A stretch of DNA of 64,000 bases from positions 434,001 to 498,000 of the forward strand of contig NW_015165858.1 in assembly GCF_001447785.1 (NCBI RefSeq), written 5' to 3'. Of this stretch, positions 38,086 to 49,281 are shown piece after piece (positions within the stretch are counted from its first letter, which is position 1; each line of letters opens with the position of its first letter). Under the pieces are notes generated by a model. The model was not told where the DNA came from. It worked only from the letters and a program-made list of their open reading frames with translations, and did not search any database. This DNA is from Gekko japonicus (taxonomy: Eukaryota). The translations under genes were made by a program, and so were the position numbers.

Positions 38086-38465
38086 CAGGGCTCTTTTTGT
38101 TGAAAAAGCCCAGCAGGAACTCATTAGCATAATAGGCCACACCCAACAGTAAAACTCATTAGCATATTAGGCCACACCCTGACCACACCACTCATTAGCA
38201 CATTAGGCCACACCCCCATGTTACCAGAAGTGTGGTCATCCAGCCACACCCACCTTTCCCTTCTTATTCTGTTTACCTTGTTTGTGGTCAAAACCCAGGG
38301 CTTTTTTTTGTAGCAGGGACTCCTTTGCATGTTAGGCCACACACCCCTAATGTAGCCAATCCTAATGAGTTCCTGCTGTTGGGTGTGGCCTATTATAATG
38401 AGTTCCTGCTGGGCGTGGCCAACTCAGGAGCCGTTTCTGTGCGTTCCTGCCCAAAAATAGCCCTG
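38086..38465. mobile_element. hAT MITE with repeated ATTAGCAT / GGCCACACCC subterminal motifs
   Basis: CAGGGCT...AGCCCTG termini, perfect 8-bp TSD CATTTGAA. Confidence 0.85.
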
Positions 38466-38827
38466 CATTTGAATAGTCATGCATTGGACCTGTCTGCACA
38501 TCACTACAGATCTGTTCTAGACTATACTTTTTCAAACCAAGAAATTGGAACTATGAACCTCCATGGAACTTTATCTTGGGTAATGATATAATTAGAAATC
38601 TTTTTAAAGAACACATTATGAAACCAAACTTAAAAAGACATACCTGGAGTAAATAGGTACTTGTGATTAAAAACATAGGCTAATGAATGGTTTAAACGAA
38701 TGCAAGCTGTAATAAAACACAACTACCTCTAAGTCAACTGGAAATAAAGGTAAGCTCAGACTGTACATGTTTATGTAGTGGAAAAACTATAATACCAGCT
38801 CTCTCTTTTACTGTCTTAAGTACAGAT

Positions 38828-38912
38828 GCAATCCTATGCAAATTTACCTGGGAGTAAATCCTATTGAATGAAGTGGATTTTATTCTTGAGTAACCACTCC
38901 TAAGATTGCACT
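38828..38912. repeat. ~90-bp palindromic MITE (other decayed members ~37348, 44205, 48085, 49328, 51590, 61635)
   Basis: TGCAATCCTA ... TAAGATTGCA termini with central ATTGAA/TTCAAT-type symmetry. Confidence 0.55.
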
Positions 38913-40387
38913 GAACGTCTCTTAACATTAGGGTACACAGGAGAGCTTCAGTTCTGCTGCCTGGCCTGTGAAATAACTTTGATGAAAAGTTTACATTTAC
39001 ACATACTATCCTAAATAAAATTCAGTCTCCAATAATTGCTACCAGTATATCCTTAGACCGCTATAAAACCCTTGCTTGTTACTGAGGCAGAGCTAACAAA
39101 TTCTCTTCGAACCACCACCAGACAGAATGAAAAATCACTACATCTAATAGCCAAAGTCTGTTCCTTAAGTACATAGCTAAACTTGTAGGGCAGGGACAGC
39201 CAAGGCTACCATGTAGGGCTCTACCAACTTGATGCTATCCCCAAGGTTCACAGAAAAATCTAAAATGGTCTTCAGTAAAGCACTATAGAACTTAATTCTA
39301 ATTCCTAACCCTCTTATTATCAATGGATTTGAGAATTTCACTCAGATTCCTAACTTTAACTATCACAACCGTATTCAAAAAGTCTGGGGTACTGCAAAAT
39401 TATAAGAATTTGTATGATTAAGAGATGGATTATTTAAAAAGCATACTTTTCTAACAGCTGGAAATCTTTTTATGAATTGTGGGGGGGCATGACATGACTT
39501 ATCCTATTATGTCTTAATTTTATATTAAATAGGACGATGGAGTTGAATAAATAGTTAAGACAGTGATTAGTTGGGAAACTGTTATACCAATAGACTTTAA
39601 ACATGCAGTTGTAATGCTTCAATTATTGTTTATTTTTAATCTTTCTTGAGGGTGAGTTGTCTTGTAATGAAGATAACATGATCAATATTGTATTCTAAAT
39701 TGCACATTTTTGTTTTGAAAATATTTTTAAAGGAATTTCACTGTGATGTCAAAAATAAAAAAAATACTGTGTCCAAAGATCAGCCAGCACCATGAACAGC
39801 TGTAGCAACCACAATGCCACCAGAAGGCGCAGGGCCTCAGAGGCAGAGACAACCAGGACAAAGAGCAATTGAGGGGGGACTAGGGGGCAAAATCAGATTC
39901 CTCATTCCAATGAGCTATTGCAGGCAGTAGTCCCCAAGGCTGTCAGCAAATAAGAAAGTCTAGATCAGAGATATCCAATTTCTGTATTCTATTGGGACTT
40001 ACTCTGTAGTCCCATCTGTGGACAGTATGACATGAAGGTCAGAATTCTGTTATCTTTGTCTTCAACAGAAACTATATGATCAGTGTTGTTGTTTTTTTGT
40101 TTTTTTTAAAGACAGATTCTTAAGACTAACAAATTATGACAAGAGCTGCATTTATATTAATTTCTGTTCCAAGCAAAAAATTACCTAAAAGGACTTACCA
40201 TAAAATTAAAAAATTAAAAACAATAGGAGGCCTGGGACTATTTCATTAGGTACGTGAACATAATGTTCAGGAAACTTACTTTGCCACGTTTTGAAAAACC
40301 CTAAATCCCTTTTTGCAAACTCTTGTTACTGCTCAATGAATAAACTGGACCCCACAAATGAGGGTTCAAACCTCAACTCAGTTGTCA

Positions 40388-41024
40388 TATTTATTTATTT
40401 AATTTATACTCCGCCCTCCCCACCAAGGCAGGCTCAGGGCAGCTTACAACAGCTCATAAAACACAGTTAAATAAAATTAAAAACCAATCATTGATATAAA
40501 TTACTTAAAATAACAATCATTTAAAACATAAACACATAAAATGCTGGCACATACTCAAGCAACAGGAGCGTCAGTTCTTATAACATAATTTAGGTGACTG
40601 TTGGATGTCAATATTTTCACACCAGCCCAGTTCTCATTTATTATGCAGCGAGCACAGGCTGGGAACCACGATGGTGGGACACACGTTACAGACTGGAAAG
40701 CCTGGGAAGCTAGGGCACAAGGACACTCCTCAATGTGTAGTACAGCTCCTTAATCAAACACATGGTGGAAGAGCTCCATCTTGCAGGCCCTGCGGAACTG
40801 TGGAAGATCCCACAGGGCCCTGATCTCTTCCGGAAGCTCATTCCACCAGGACAGAATTGCTACAAAGAAGGCCCTGGTTGCTGCCAGTCGGACGTCCCTA
40901 GGGCCTGGGAGGGCCAGCCGATGTTGTGCCCCAGAATGCAGTGCTCTCTGGGGAACATGTGGGGAAAGGCAGCCCCTCAGGTATGCCGGATCCTGACCAT
41001 ATAGGACTTTAAAGGTTAAAATCA
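40388..41024 (-). mobile_element. L2 LINE 3' fragment
   Basis: LTFKVLYGQDPAYLRGCLSPHVPQRAL..WWNELPEEIR; same family as 6126. Confidence 0.85.
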
Positions 41025-41478
41025 TATGGCCTTCAGTAGGCATTCTCTCTCAGCCTTAGTTCTCTGGGTTGTTGTGACCTACCTCATGAGTTAGATAAAG
41101 AATAAGCTAATGTATGAATTACAGTGAACATGAATATAGTTAATAGAATAAGGAAATAATGCCAGGGCACAAGAAGGGCATTTCACCTGTTCAAGATTGG
41201 ACAATGGCTACTCACTCTATCATAGCCACTGTACCTGAAGATAATTATTCCAGTCAAGCTGTAGTTGCGCACAACAGTTAGGGGCCTTGGATGAGCATGT
41301 GCATGCCCTTCTGTATAAGACACACACAGCCAGCTTAACAGGATCTGGTTAAGCACGGTAATTGAGTTGCCATACCAATCCCTTCCAGGATTGAAGTGCC
41401 TCTTTCAGGAGCACAAACTACCTCATAACTTCAGCATCCCAGCAGAAGACTGTTAAACAACTAGGGACTCCTAACACT

Positions 41479-42476
41479 TGTAGCCCCGAGGTGCTACCTT
41501 ACACTTGGGGTAGCCCCAACAGTGGGGCACCCCACTTCTGACCTGGACCCACAAACCCAGGCTAAAGAGGACACTCTTGACCTGTGTCAAAGAGCTAGCC
41601 AAAGCTCAGCAAAGGGTTTCTGTCAAAGGTTGCACAAGGTGTCCTCAAGGGCAATCTCCACTCTCGCCCTCCACCCAGCAAAGGTATGCATAGTAGGTAT
41701 CTGCATTTCTAAAGCCATTCAGTGGACATCTTGCGAACCTTCTGTGTCTCCATACCCTCATGTATCCCCCCTTACTGTAATACCTATACCTGTGTAGAAG
41801 CCTTTTGTCTCAACAAGTGGCCTTCCCGTCCCCTCCCACAGGTACCAAAACCAAAAATGATTAAATCATTAACAAATTCTTCCTGACAACTATCAGATAC
41901 CCATTTCCCCCTTTTGTCTAAGCCTGGGAACCCATTCAACCTACCTTGGCAGGACCATCAGTGGTCATCAAACTTATTCAATCTGCCCAGGTAGGACCAT
42001 CAACAGCCATTACACCCATCAAGTTCTAGCCTGGGAGACCGCCCCCCCCCCATTTCCTATAAAGAGAGCAAGCCCCACTGCAGTGTGCACTGTGAGAGCA
42101 TCCATTATTGAGTACACCCCCAAAGTCTCTTCTTTGGGCCTCCTTGTACTTAGTGTGGAATGCTGGCCATTTGCACTATCCTCTTCACAGCTGTCTACAC
42201 ATCTGGACAGGTAGTATAACCCCTATAACTAATCCTAAGCATCTCTATCATCACCTTTTAATTCTTAGTTCTGGATTGTGTGTACATTTTGATTGCTTAG
42301 AGTGATTGTATGTAGGGAGATTTTCTAATAAATCTATTGAAAACTCTATAAATCTGGAGTCTTCCTACTGAACTGGACCTTGGTATACAAAGACATGTGA
42401 TCCCTTGTACCCCTCTGACCTCCTCGGTCTCATAGCTAATTTCCCCCAACATCGAGACAGGTCATTTGTGGTAACA
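41479..42476 (+). mobile_element. Solo LTR (~1.0 kb; ERV1- or Gypsy-type)
   Basis: TG...CA termini, 4-bp TSD CACT (41475-78, 42477-80), TATAAA 42058-63, AATAAA 42327-32. Confidence 0.75.
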
Positions 42477-42588
42477 CACTGCATGACTGGAGTGGAAGAA
42501 CCCATCCAAACATCAAGCTCCAAAAAGAAAATAACTTCAGGACAATGCAATTCAACTGACGGCCATTATAGTACTCATGGAGAAATAT

Positions 42589-42594
42589 TTTATT
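42589..42594 (-). terminator. Candidate COA5 polyadenylation signal (AATAAA)
   Basis: TTTATT on + strand ~350 nt downstream of the COA5 stop. Confidence 0.5.
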
Positions 42595-42941
42595 AAGAAG
42601 TTATGACCACCACCACAAATTTGTATTGGTTAAAGCAGCTAACCAGTTATACTCTAGAATTTGCCCTCTAGCCAAGTCTAACTTAGACACTGTAGATGGA
42701 TAAGCTTGATTATTTGAACAAAAATGGGAACATTAAAACATCCATCACCATCACCAATAATATTGTGATTTTAGTGTTCCAGATAGTCAGCATGTTCAGT
42801 CATTCAGTGCTTAAACAGCAGTCGTTTGCATGGAAATGAAGCCATTTGGGAAAAGCTGATAACCTAATTGGTCAGTCTTTTAATGTTGAGGTATCAGTGC
42901 ATCCAAGGTTGTTCATGCTTGCTGTTTCTTAATGAGTGACT

Positions 42942-42983
42942 TCAGTATCCCTTTCTTCCTCTGAATCTTGCTCTGTTATCCAA
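42942..42983 (-). CDS. COA5: COA5 coding exon 3 (terminal)
   Basis: AG acceptor then LDNRARFRGRKGY-TGA, the COA5/Pet191-type C-terminus. Confidence 0.97.
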   Translation of the reverse strand: MDNRARFRGRKGY

Positions 42984-44261
42984 CTTTAAGAATAAATAAA
43001 TAATCAAGTTAGAATGACTGCATTCCTGTACAACAACTTCCAGTTTTTAAGTACAGGGGCCTTATAAAAAAATAACTTTATCTGTATTATGACAAATAGG
43101 GTAGTATCTAGATTAGATTTCTTGAAAGAATTCCAAAGAGGCTTTTACCTCCTTTCCCAAGCTCAAGACAGTTTACAAAACAGTAATAAAACATTAAAGT
43201 GTCATCAACATAAATAACATAACAGACCCATCACCCAGTAGCAATGATCTGGAGCACCCGGGTACAACTTGCTTTCAGTGGATCTGGCCAGTTAAAACCC
43301 TCATGTCTCCTCCCCTGCTTTATTTGCCAGCATGCAGGCATGTCCACAGGTAGATGCTGCATTACAAGGACCCAGGAAGAAGATCAGCAGACTCACAGGA
43401 CGTACATGTTGCTGAATGATTACTTCAGGTGGCAAGTGAGAAATCAAATGTTTAAGCGCTCTTCATAAAGGGTTCTTAGCTCAGAACATCGGGAATTTTT
43501 TCCTGTAGGATAGCATATTGTCAAAGGACCGGTCAACTGATTCCCCTATTATGTTGGTATGGAAGCCGCCCTGAGCCTGCTTTGCAGGGAGGGCGGGGTA
43601 TAAATCTGATAAATAAATAAATATGTGACCAGTCAAATATTCCACTAAACAAAAAATGCCACAGTGCAAGTTTAATCTTTGTTATTTCCTCATGATAGCA
43701 GTTGTTAGAACAGAGTGGAGTGAGGGCTGTTTGCCATGGAGCTTTGCAGAAGGCAAGAGCAGACCCAGCAGCATCGCAAAGCTTCTCCTACTGGCCACCT
43801 GCTGTAACTGTAAGCATCTCCAAACCATTCTTTTTGCTTTTCAGCAGGTGCCCCTACGTTGCTTTATTTCGGTTTCAATTTTTTTCTTTCTTTTTTTGAA
43901 TTTGTAACTGTGAGCTGCTTTTGATATTCCAGGATAAAAACCCAGAGAAACTTTATCCCACATTGTTAACAGTTGTAATAATTCATTAGGTTAATGTCAC
44001 AGTTTTACAATAACAGAACTTACTTTTGTTATTAAAATAAATATTAAGCTTGTTGGTGATTATACTCTCTTTGGCTGTTTTTAGTAATATTAATGCTTTA
44101 AAAATATTGGATTAGGTAATCGACAAAATATTTTTGACTGGTTAAATGTCAGGAGGAACTGTCAAATATTTGGTTCCTCCATCTGCAACATTAAGCGGTA
44201 CACAGCACAGCCCTAAGCAGTGTTACACCTTTCTAAACCCACTAAAGTCAATGGGCTTGGA

Positions 44262-45132
44262 ACATATGAAGAGCCCCGCTGGATCAGACCAGTGGTTCAA
44301 CTAGTCCAGTATTCGGTCTCACACACTGGCCAACCAGTTCCTCTGGAGGACCAACAACTGCGCACAGAGGCTGAGACTTTCCCCTAATGCTGCCTCCAGA
44401 CTCTGGGATTCAGAGGTTTAGTGCCTCTGAATGTGGAGGTTCCCCTCAGCCACCATGGCTAGTAGCCACTGATAGATCTAGCCTCCATGAATCTATCCAA
44501 TCCCCTTTTAAAGCTGTGTATTCTTGTGGCCATCACTCTAGCAGTGAATTTCACATTTTAATCACTCGCTGGGTAAAGAAGTATTTCCTTAGATCTGTCC
44601 TAAATCTACCGCTCATCAGTTTCACTGGATGCTCTCAAGTTCTTGTATTTTGGTAGAGGCAGAAAAAATTCTCTTGGTCAACTCTCTCCATCCCAAGCAT
44701 AATTTTATTGACCTCTATCATGTCCCCCCCCCTTAGTCATCTCTTTTCTAAACTGAAGAATCCCAGACTCTTCAGCCTTTCCTCATAAGGAAGGTGCCCC
44801 AAAACCCTAATCATATTGGTTGCCCTCCTCTGTACTTTTTCCACATCCGTGATGTCTTTTTTGAGATATGGTGACCAGAACTCTACGCAGTACTCCAAAT
44901 GAGGCCGAACCATCAATCTATACAGGGGCAGTATAATATTGACTATTTTCAATCCCTTTCCTAACACAGAGTTAGCATTTTTCCACTGCTGCAGCACACT
45001 GGGTTGACACTTCCATTACGCTATCCACTATGACCCCAAGATCTTTTTCTCTCTCTGTCTCAGCAAGTTCAGGCCCCATTTCGCCTATACTTGAAGTTGG
45101 GATTTTGTTATCCCAATGTGCATCATTTTACA
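44262..45132 (-). mobile_element. CR1 LINE 3' fragment in COA5 intron 2, inserted into a ~90-bp hairpin MITE
   Basis: [36 protein letters not shown]; host MITE halves at ~44205-44262 and ~45133-45165 with duplicated CTTGGAA/CTTAGAA. Confidence 0.88.
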
Positions 45133-45644
45133 CTTAGAAGCATGTAACTCTGTTTAGGATGGCCCTCTCAGTCTAGCAACAGCATGTAGCTCCACTGACA
45201 ATGCATTTCAGGGCCCATAATTAATTAGTTTATTTCTCTCCAGCAGCTACTGAATTACAACCAGTTACATCAGTGCAGATGATGCAAAGGTCATATAGAG
45301 AAAGAAATGGGTTCATGATGCACTGTGGATTGGTAAATATATTACATGTAAAGACGTAAATATAATCTAGATATCTTATATTGTTTTTATCCATTCTTTT
45401 GCCTGTATCCTATTTTTAAAAATAACACCTTCCTTGTCCCAGGTATCACAATGAACAAAGTTTATGGTAGCTCCTAAAGTACTATATTTTTAAAAACCTA
45501 CCACAAGTAACCCACAATTAGTACAGACAGAATATCAGCTTGACATAAAACAATTATAATAGCATGTAACATTAGCATGTAATTATAAAAGCATGTAACA
45601 CTAAGCCACACTGGCACCAAGCAGCCAGACCATTAGAAAGGATT

Positions 45645-46550
45645 CAAAGAAACATAGAGCTGGAAGGAACCCCAAGGCTCATCTAGCCCAACCCCCTGCA
45701 CAATGGTGGAAAATTCAGTTACCCACCCCTACTGATCCCTGCTCCATGACCAGAAGATTTTTAAAAACCTCCAGAATCCCTGGGCCAATCTAGCCTGGAG
45801 GAAAATTCCTTCCTTACCCCAAAGTGGTGATCAACATTACCATGGGCATATAAGAAAGGGCCACAAAAGCCAAGCACTGGCTTATCTCTTCTTGCCCTCC
45901 CACTCTAAATCTGCCTAAATTCATACTGAGTCATTGAATCAGCATTGTTGTCAGAAGGCCATCTAGCCTCTGCTGTAAAATCTTCAAAGAACAAGAGCAC
46001 ACCAACTCCCGAGGAAGCCTGTTCCACTGAGGAATCACGCTGTCAGGAAGTTCTTCCTAATGTTTAGCCAATTTTTAAAAGAAATTTCAACCTGTTGGTT
46101 CTGATCCAACCTTCTGGGGCAACAAAAAAACTCTGCTGCATTCTCTATATGACAGCCCCTCATTTATTTGAAGATGGCTATCATACCACCTCAAGGCTAA
46201 ACATACTCAGCTCTTCAACCTTTCCTCATAGGACTTGGTCTCCAGACCCCACACCATCTTTGTCGCCCTCCTCTGTCCATGTCCCATCTTGTCAACATCC
46301 TTCTTAAACTGTGGTACCCAAAACTGAACATCGTATTCCAAGTGAGGTCTAACCAGAAGACAGTGATACTATCACTTTGTGTTATCTGGACACTATACTT
46401 CTGCTGACACAGCTCAAAATCACATTTGCTTTTGTAGCTACTACATCACACTGCTGACTCATGCTCAATGTACAATCTACTAAGATCCTTAGATCCCTTT
46501 TGCATGTACTACTGCCAATACAAGTCTCCCTATCTTATAATTATGCATTC
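45645..46550 (-). mobile_element. CR1 LINE 3' fragment (second family) in COA5 intron 2
   Basis: Typical CR1 3' end CATAGAGCTGGAAGG..CATCTAGCCCAACCCCCT and RPHLEY-like ORF2 remnant. Confidence 0.8.
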
Positions 46551-47623
46551 AATTTGTCTATTATTTCAATACTACTGTGTAACTGTTAAGCTCTGTGCAC
46601 CTGTAGAATAAAACTGTTGCCAGGGCAGAATCTCAAGGAAGGCTCTTCAAAAGGACTCAGTACATCTTGATAACCAGCATTCTGTTTCCCTGTCATACTC
46701 TAATGAGATCAAAACAATTCCCCAGAAATGGAGCTGGCGCTGAATGGTTCCCATACAATATATCAGCTGAGATGGGAAGAATCCCCTTCATTGTTTAAAA
46801 GGGATCACCAATGTCTGGGACAGGAATGCTTGATATCCTCCCACAAGAATGGTTTACAATCTGGACCACCACTGGACATTAATGGAACAAAATGGCTGCC
46901 CCCAAGGTTTGCTCCCAGATCTTAGAATCTATTCCCAGCTCAAAGAGCCTGGATGGCCTCATTTCCATTGACAAGGGTGGCACAAATAACCCCCCAATCT
47001 CAAGGGTCCCTACAACATACAGGTCCTTCCGTTACCACTCCCACCCATCATGACAACACATACCTTCCTACAACATCTTCTTAATAATATATTCATTTTT
47101 AACAATTAAAACCATTCTATTCCAAAAATTCAGAAAAGCAATTACACTGTACAAATACCACAATGCTTCGTCTGAACATACTCAACTGAATATTATGGAT
47201 TCAAAAGGCAAAAAAGTTTAAGATCTTTCATTAATATTACATGCTCCTTTGATTCATTTTACATTATGAATAAACTTTCTTCATCTGAGTTGTATACATT
47301 TTGAGATTATGCCTATTTGTCACAGAAAGCTTTCTCCACCTTTTATGTAACTTTTGGTGCCCTGGAGGCAACAGGTTGGATTCAAAGCTACTTTTCCATG
47401 AACTGAAGGAGTCTTTCCATGGCTGAAAGTTGCCTGCCTATGAATGGAAAGACATCTTTAGATCCAAACCTGCAGTTTGCATTCATTAGTATTATTTATA
47501 CATACAACAAATATTTCTAAGATTTAACAAAACCAAAATACCATCTGTCCCATAATATTTCATTGGTTTGTTGTTGTTGTTGTTGTTAAAGGGAATAATT
47601 TACAGTAGAATCTTGCTACTCAC

Positions 47624-47707
47624 CATTGACCTTTTGCATTCAAAAAATGAAACCAGTAAACCACTGCAGTTTCCTTCCTTCAAACACTGCTTGATGCTTT
47701 TCTTTTC
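47624..47707 (-). CDS. COA5: COA5 coding exon 2
   Basis: AG..GTGAGT-bounded 84-nt exon, EKKSIKQCLKEGNCSGLLVSFFECKRSM; completes the twin CX9C (C15-C25, C48-C58). Confidence 0.97.
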
Positions 47708-48399
47708 CTGTCATAAAAATACAGTAAAGTAAGCAGCCAACATATTTATTCAGCAGGCAAGGAAATTATTTCACAAGCATGCTCTTTTCAGAAAGGCTGT
47801 ATTTGATACCATAGTCTCTGAAAGAAAAACAGTTTATAAATGCTACAGAGTAAGCACCAGGCAAACAGACAAGACAGAAAAGTATTTACTTCCAGTTGTA
47901 AAAAATAATTTCTAATGTCAACTCTTAATCACATCCCCTAGTGAAATAATATCTTATTATATGCATGCCAGAAAAGCATTTTAAGGTTGACCGTTTTGTT
48001 ACTCTAGTGTACGGTGAGAGCCTTCTTATTGCGATGTTGCAAAATGAAGACTTCATCCCGTGCTCTGCAATTAGCCCTCTTATAGCTTGCTCCCCATGTT
48101 CACTTACTCAGAATGAAGCTGCAATTGAACACACACTTGTTCGGGGGCAAGCCCTACTAGAGTCCATAGGAATTATATTTTAGCTCGCAATCAGGATATG
48201 GGCCTATAATCCTAAATGCAACTACCAATTATTAATTCCCAGGTAGTTTAACGTGAAAATTCTGAGTACACGACCATACCCAAAAACGTTCCACTGAGTT
48301 CAATGGGATTCACTCCCAAGTATCCTAACATCACAGGCACAGGAAACCTGCCACGGTCAAGATTTAGCACCCCCTCCCATAGGCGTGTTGTCTAAATGA

Positions 48400-49160
48400 C
48401 CTCTTAAATGTCATCTTCTCCGCCCGCTTCCCCCACCTGGACGACGCAGAAACTCTCGAGCAGGCAAAACCTCAGGTCTTCCCGAATGCCAGCGCAAGGG
48501 CGCTCGTCCTTCTCTTTATCTTCGTAATACTTGGGCATCGCGGCCGCTGACTTTCAACTTCCCTTCCTTCTGTATCGCTCAGCTACCCACTACCGCTCTA
48601 TGCAGCGTCGAGGATAGGCGATCCCCCCCACCTTCCCACAGCCAAGCCAGCTGCCATGTTCCAACAACCCCGGGACTAAACACCGTACACCGACGTCATC
48701 ATCACGCGCAGAGGGGCTTACCCACCATGCACCGCTCTGGCACAGTCCTGTCAATGCACCTGCGCAATGCTGCGCTTTTACCGGAAGTTGGGGGAAAGGG
48801 GAAACGCTGCTCAGCTGTTGTGAGCTGGCAACGGCGATCGGAGCGGCGCCGAGGAAAGGTCCCTCCTGTAGACGCGCCCCTTCCTCCTCTGAGCGAGGGA
48901 AGACCGGAGCCGAAGGGGCGGGGGACAGGGCGCCTCAGCGGTGCGTGGGTGGAAGTGGGCGGAACGTCCCGCGAGTTCTGTGCTCGGCGGTTCTAGAATG
49001 GTGAGAATCCTCTCGCAGCTCCGCCCCGAAACACCTCCTTACCCGGCCCGTGAATTGCACTTCTTCTCCCCCACGCCACCTGCGGGGTCACTACTGCTCT
49101 GCTTCCTCCGTGAGCAGGCGGTTTGTTGTTCGGGGGGGGGGGGGGGGGGGGTGTCGGCTT
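48400..49160. promoter_or_regulatory. Bidirectional CpG-island promoter COA5/UNC50, including the non-coding UNC50 exon 1
   Basis: High CpG density. CRE-like GACGTCA ~48693, ETS/GABP CCGGAAGT 48781-48788, GC box GGGGCGGGG ~48915, YY1-like AACATGGC (-) ~48653. Candidate + strand donors at 48941 (GCG|GTGCGT) and 49001 (ATG|GTGAGA). Confidence 0.85.
48437..48538 (-). CDS. COA5: COA5 coding exon 1 of 3 (cytochrome c oxidase assembly factor 5; join 48538-48437, 47707-47624, 42983-42942; 75 aa)
   Basis: Manual translation MPKYYEDKEKDERPCAGIREDLRFCLLESFCVVQ followed by GT donor; matches the recalled vertebrate COA5 N-terminus; head-to-head with UNC50 as in mammals. Confidence 0.97.
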
Positions 49161-49235
49161 GTGAGGCTTTATGATTTATTGAGAAAATCTGTATGGGGGC
49201 TCTCCAGTAAAACTGTAAACTGTAAAGCCATAAAA

Positions 49236-49281
49236 TGGGGTCGCGAAGAGTCGGACTCGACTGTGCGGCTGAGCAACAACG
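49236..49281 (+). mobile_element. 46-bp Bov-B/RTE tail in UNC50 intron 1
   Basis: TGGGGTCGCGAAGAGTCGGACTCGACTG..CAACAAC; TSD AAGCCATAAAA/AAGCCGTAAAA. Confidence 0.75.

Noticed and set aside
38120-38217. Regularly spaced ~25-bp repeats resembling a CRISPR array
   Set aside because: Eukaryotic context, ~10-bp spacers, inside a hAT MITE with TSD, no cas genes
39060-39765. Possible decayed L1/Tx1 fragments (also ~15880-16400 and ~46620-47040)
   Set aside because: Only vague compositional resemblance; no TSD or motif I could confirm
44737-44997. RT-associated ORFs (also 6027-6341, 40750-41043) as host genes
   Set aside because: 5'-truncated, disrupted CR1/L2 ORF2 C-terminal remnants
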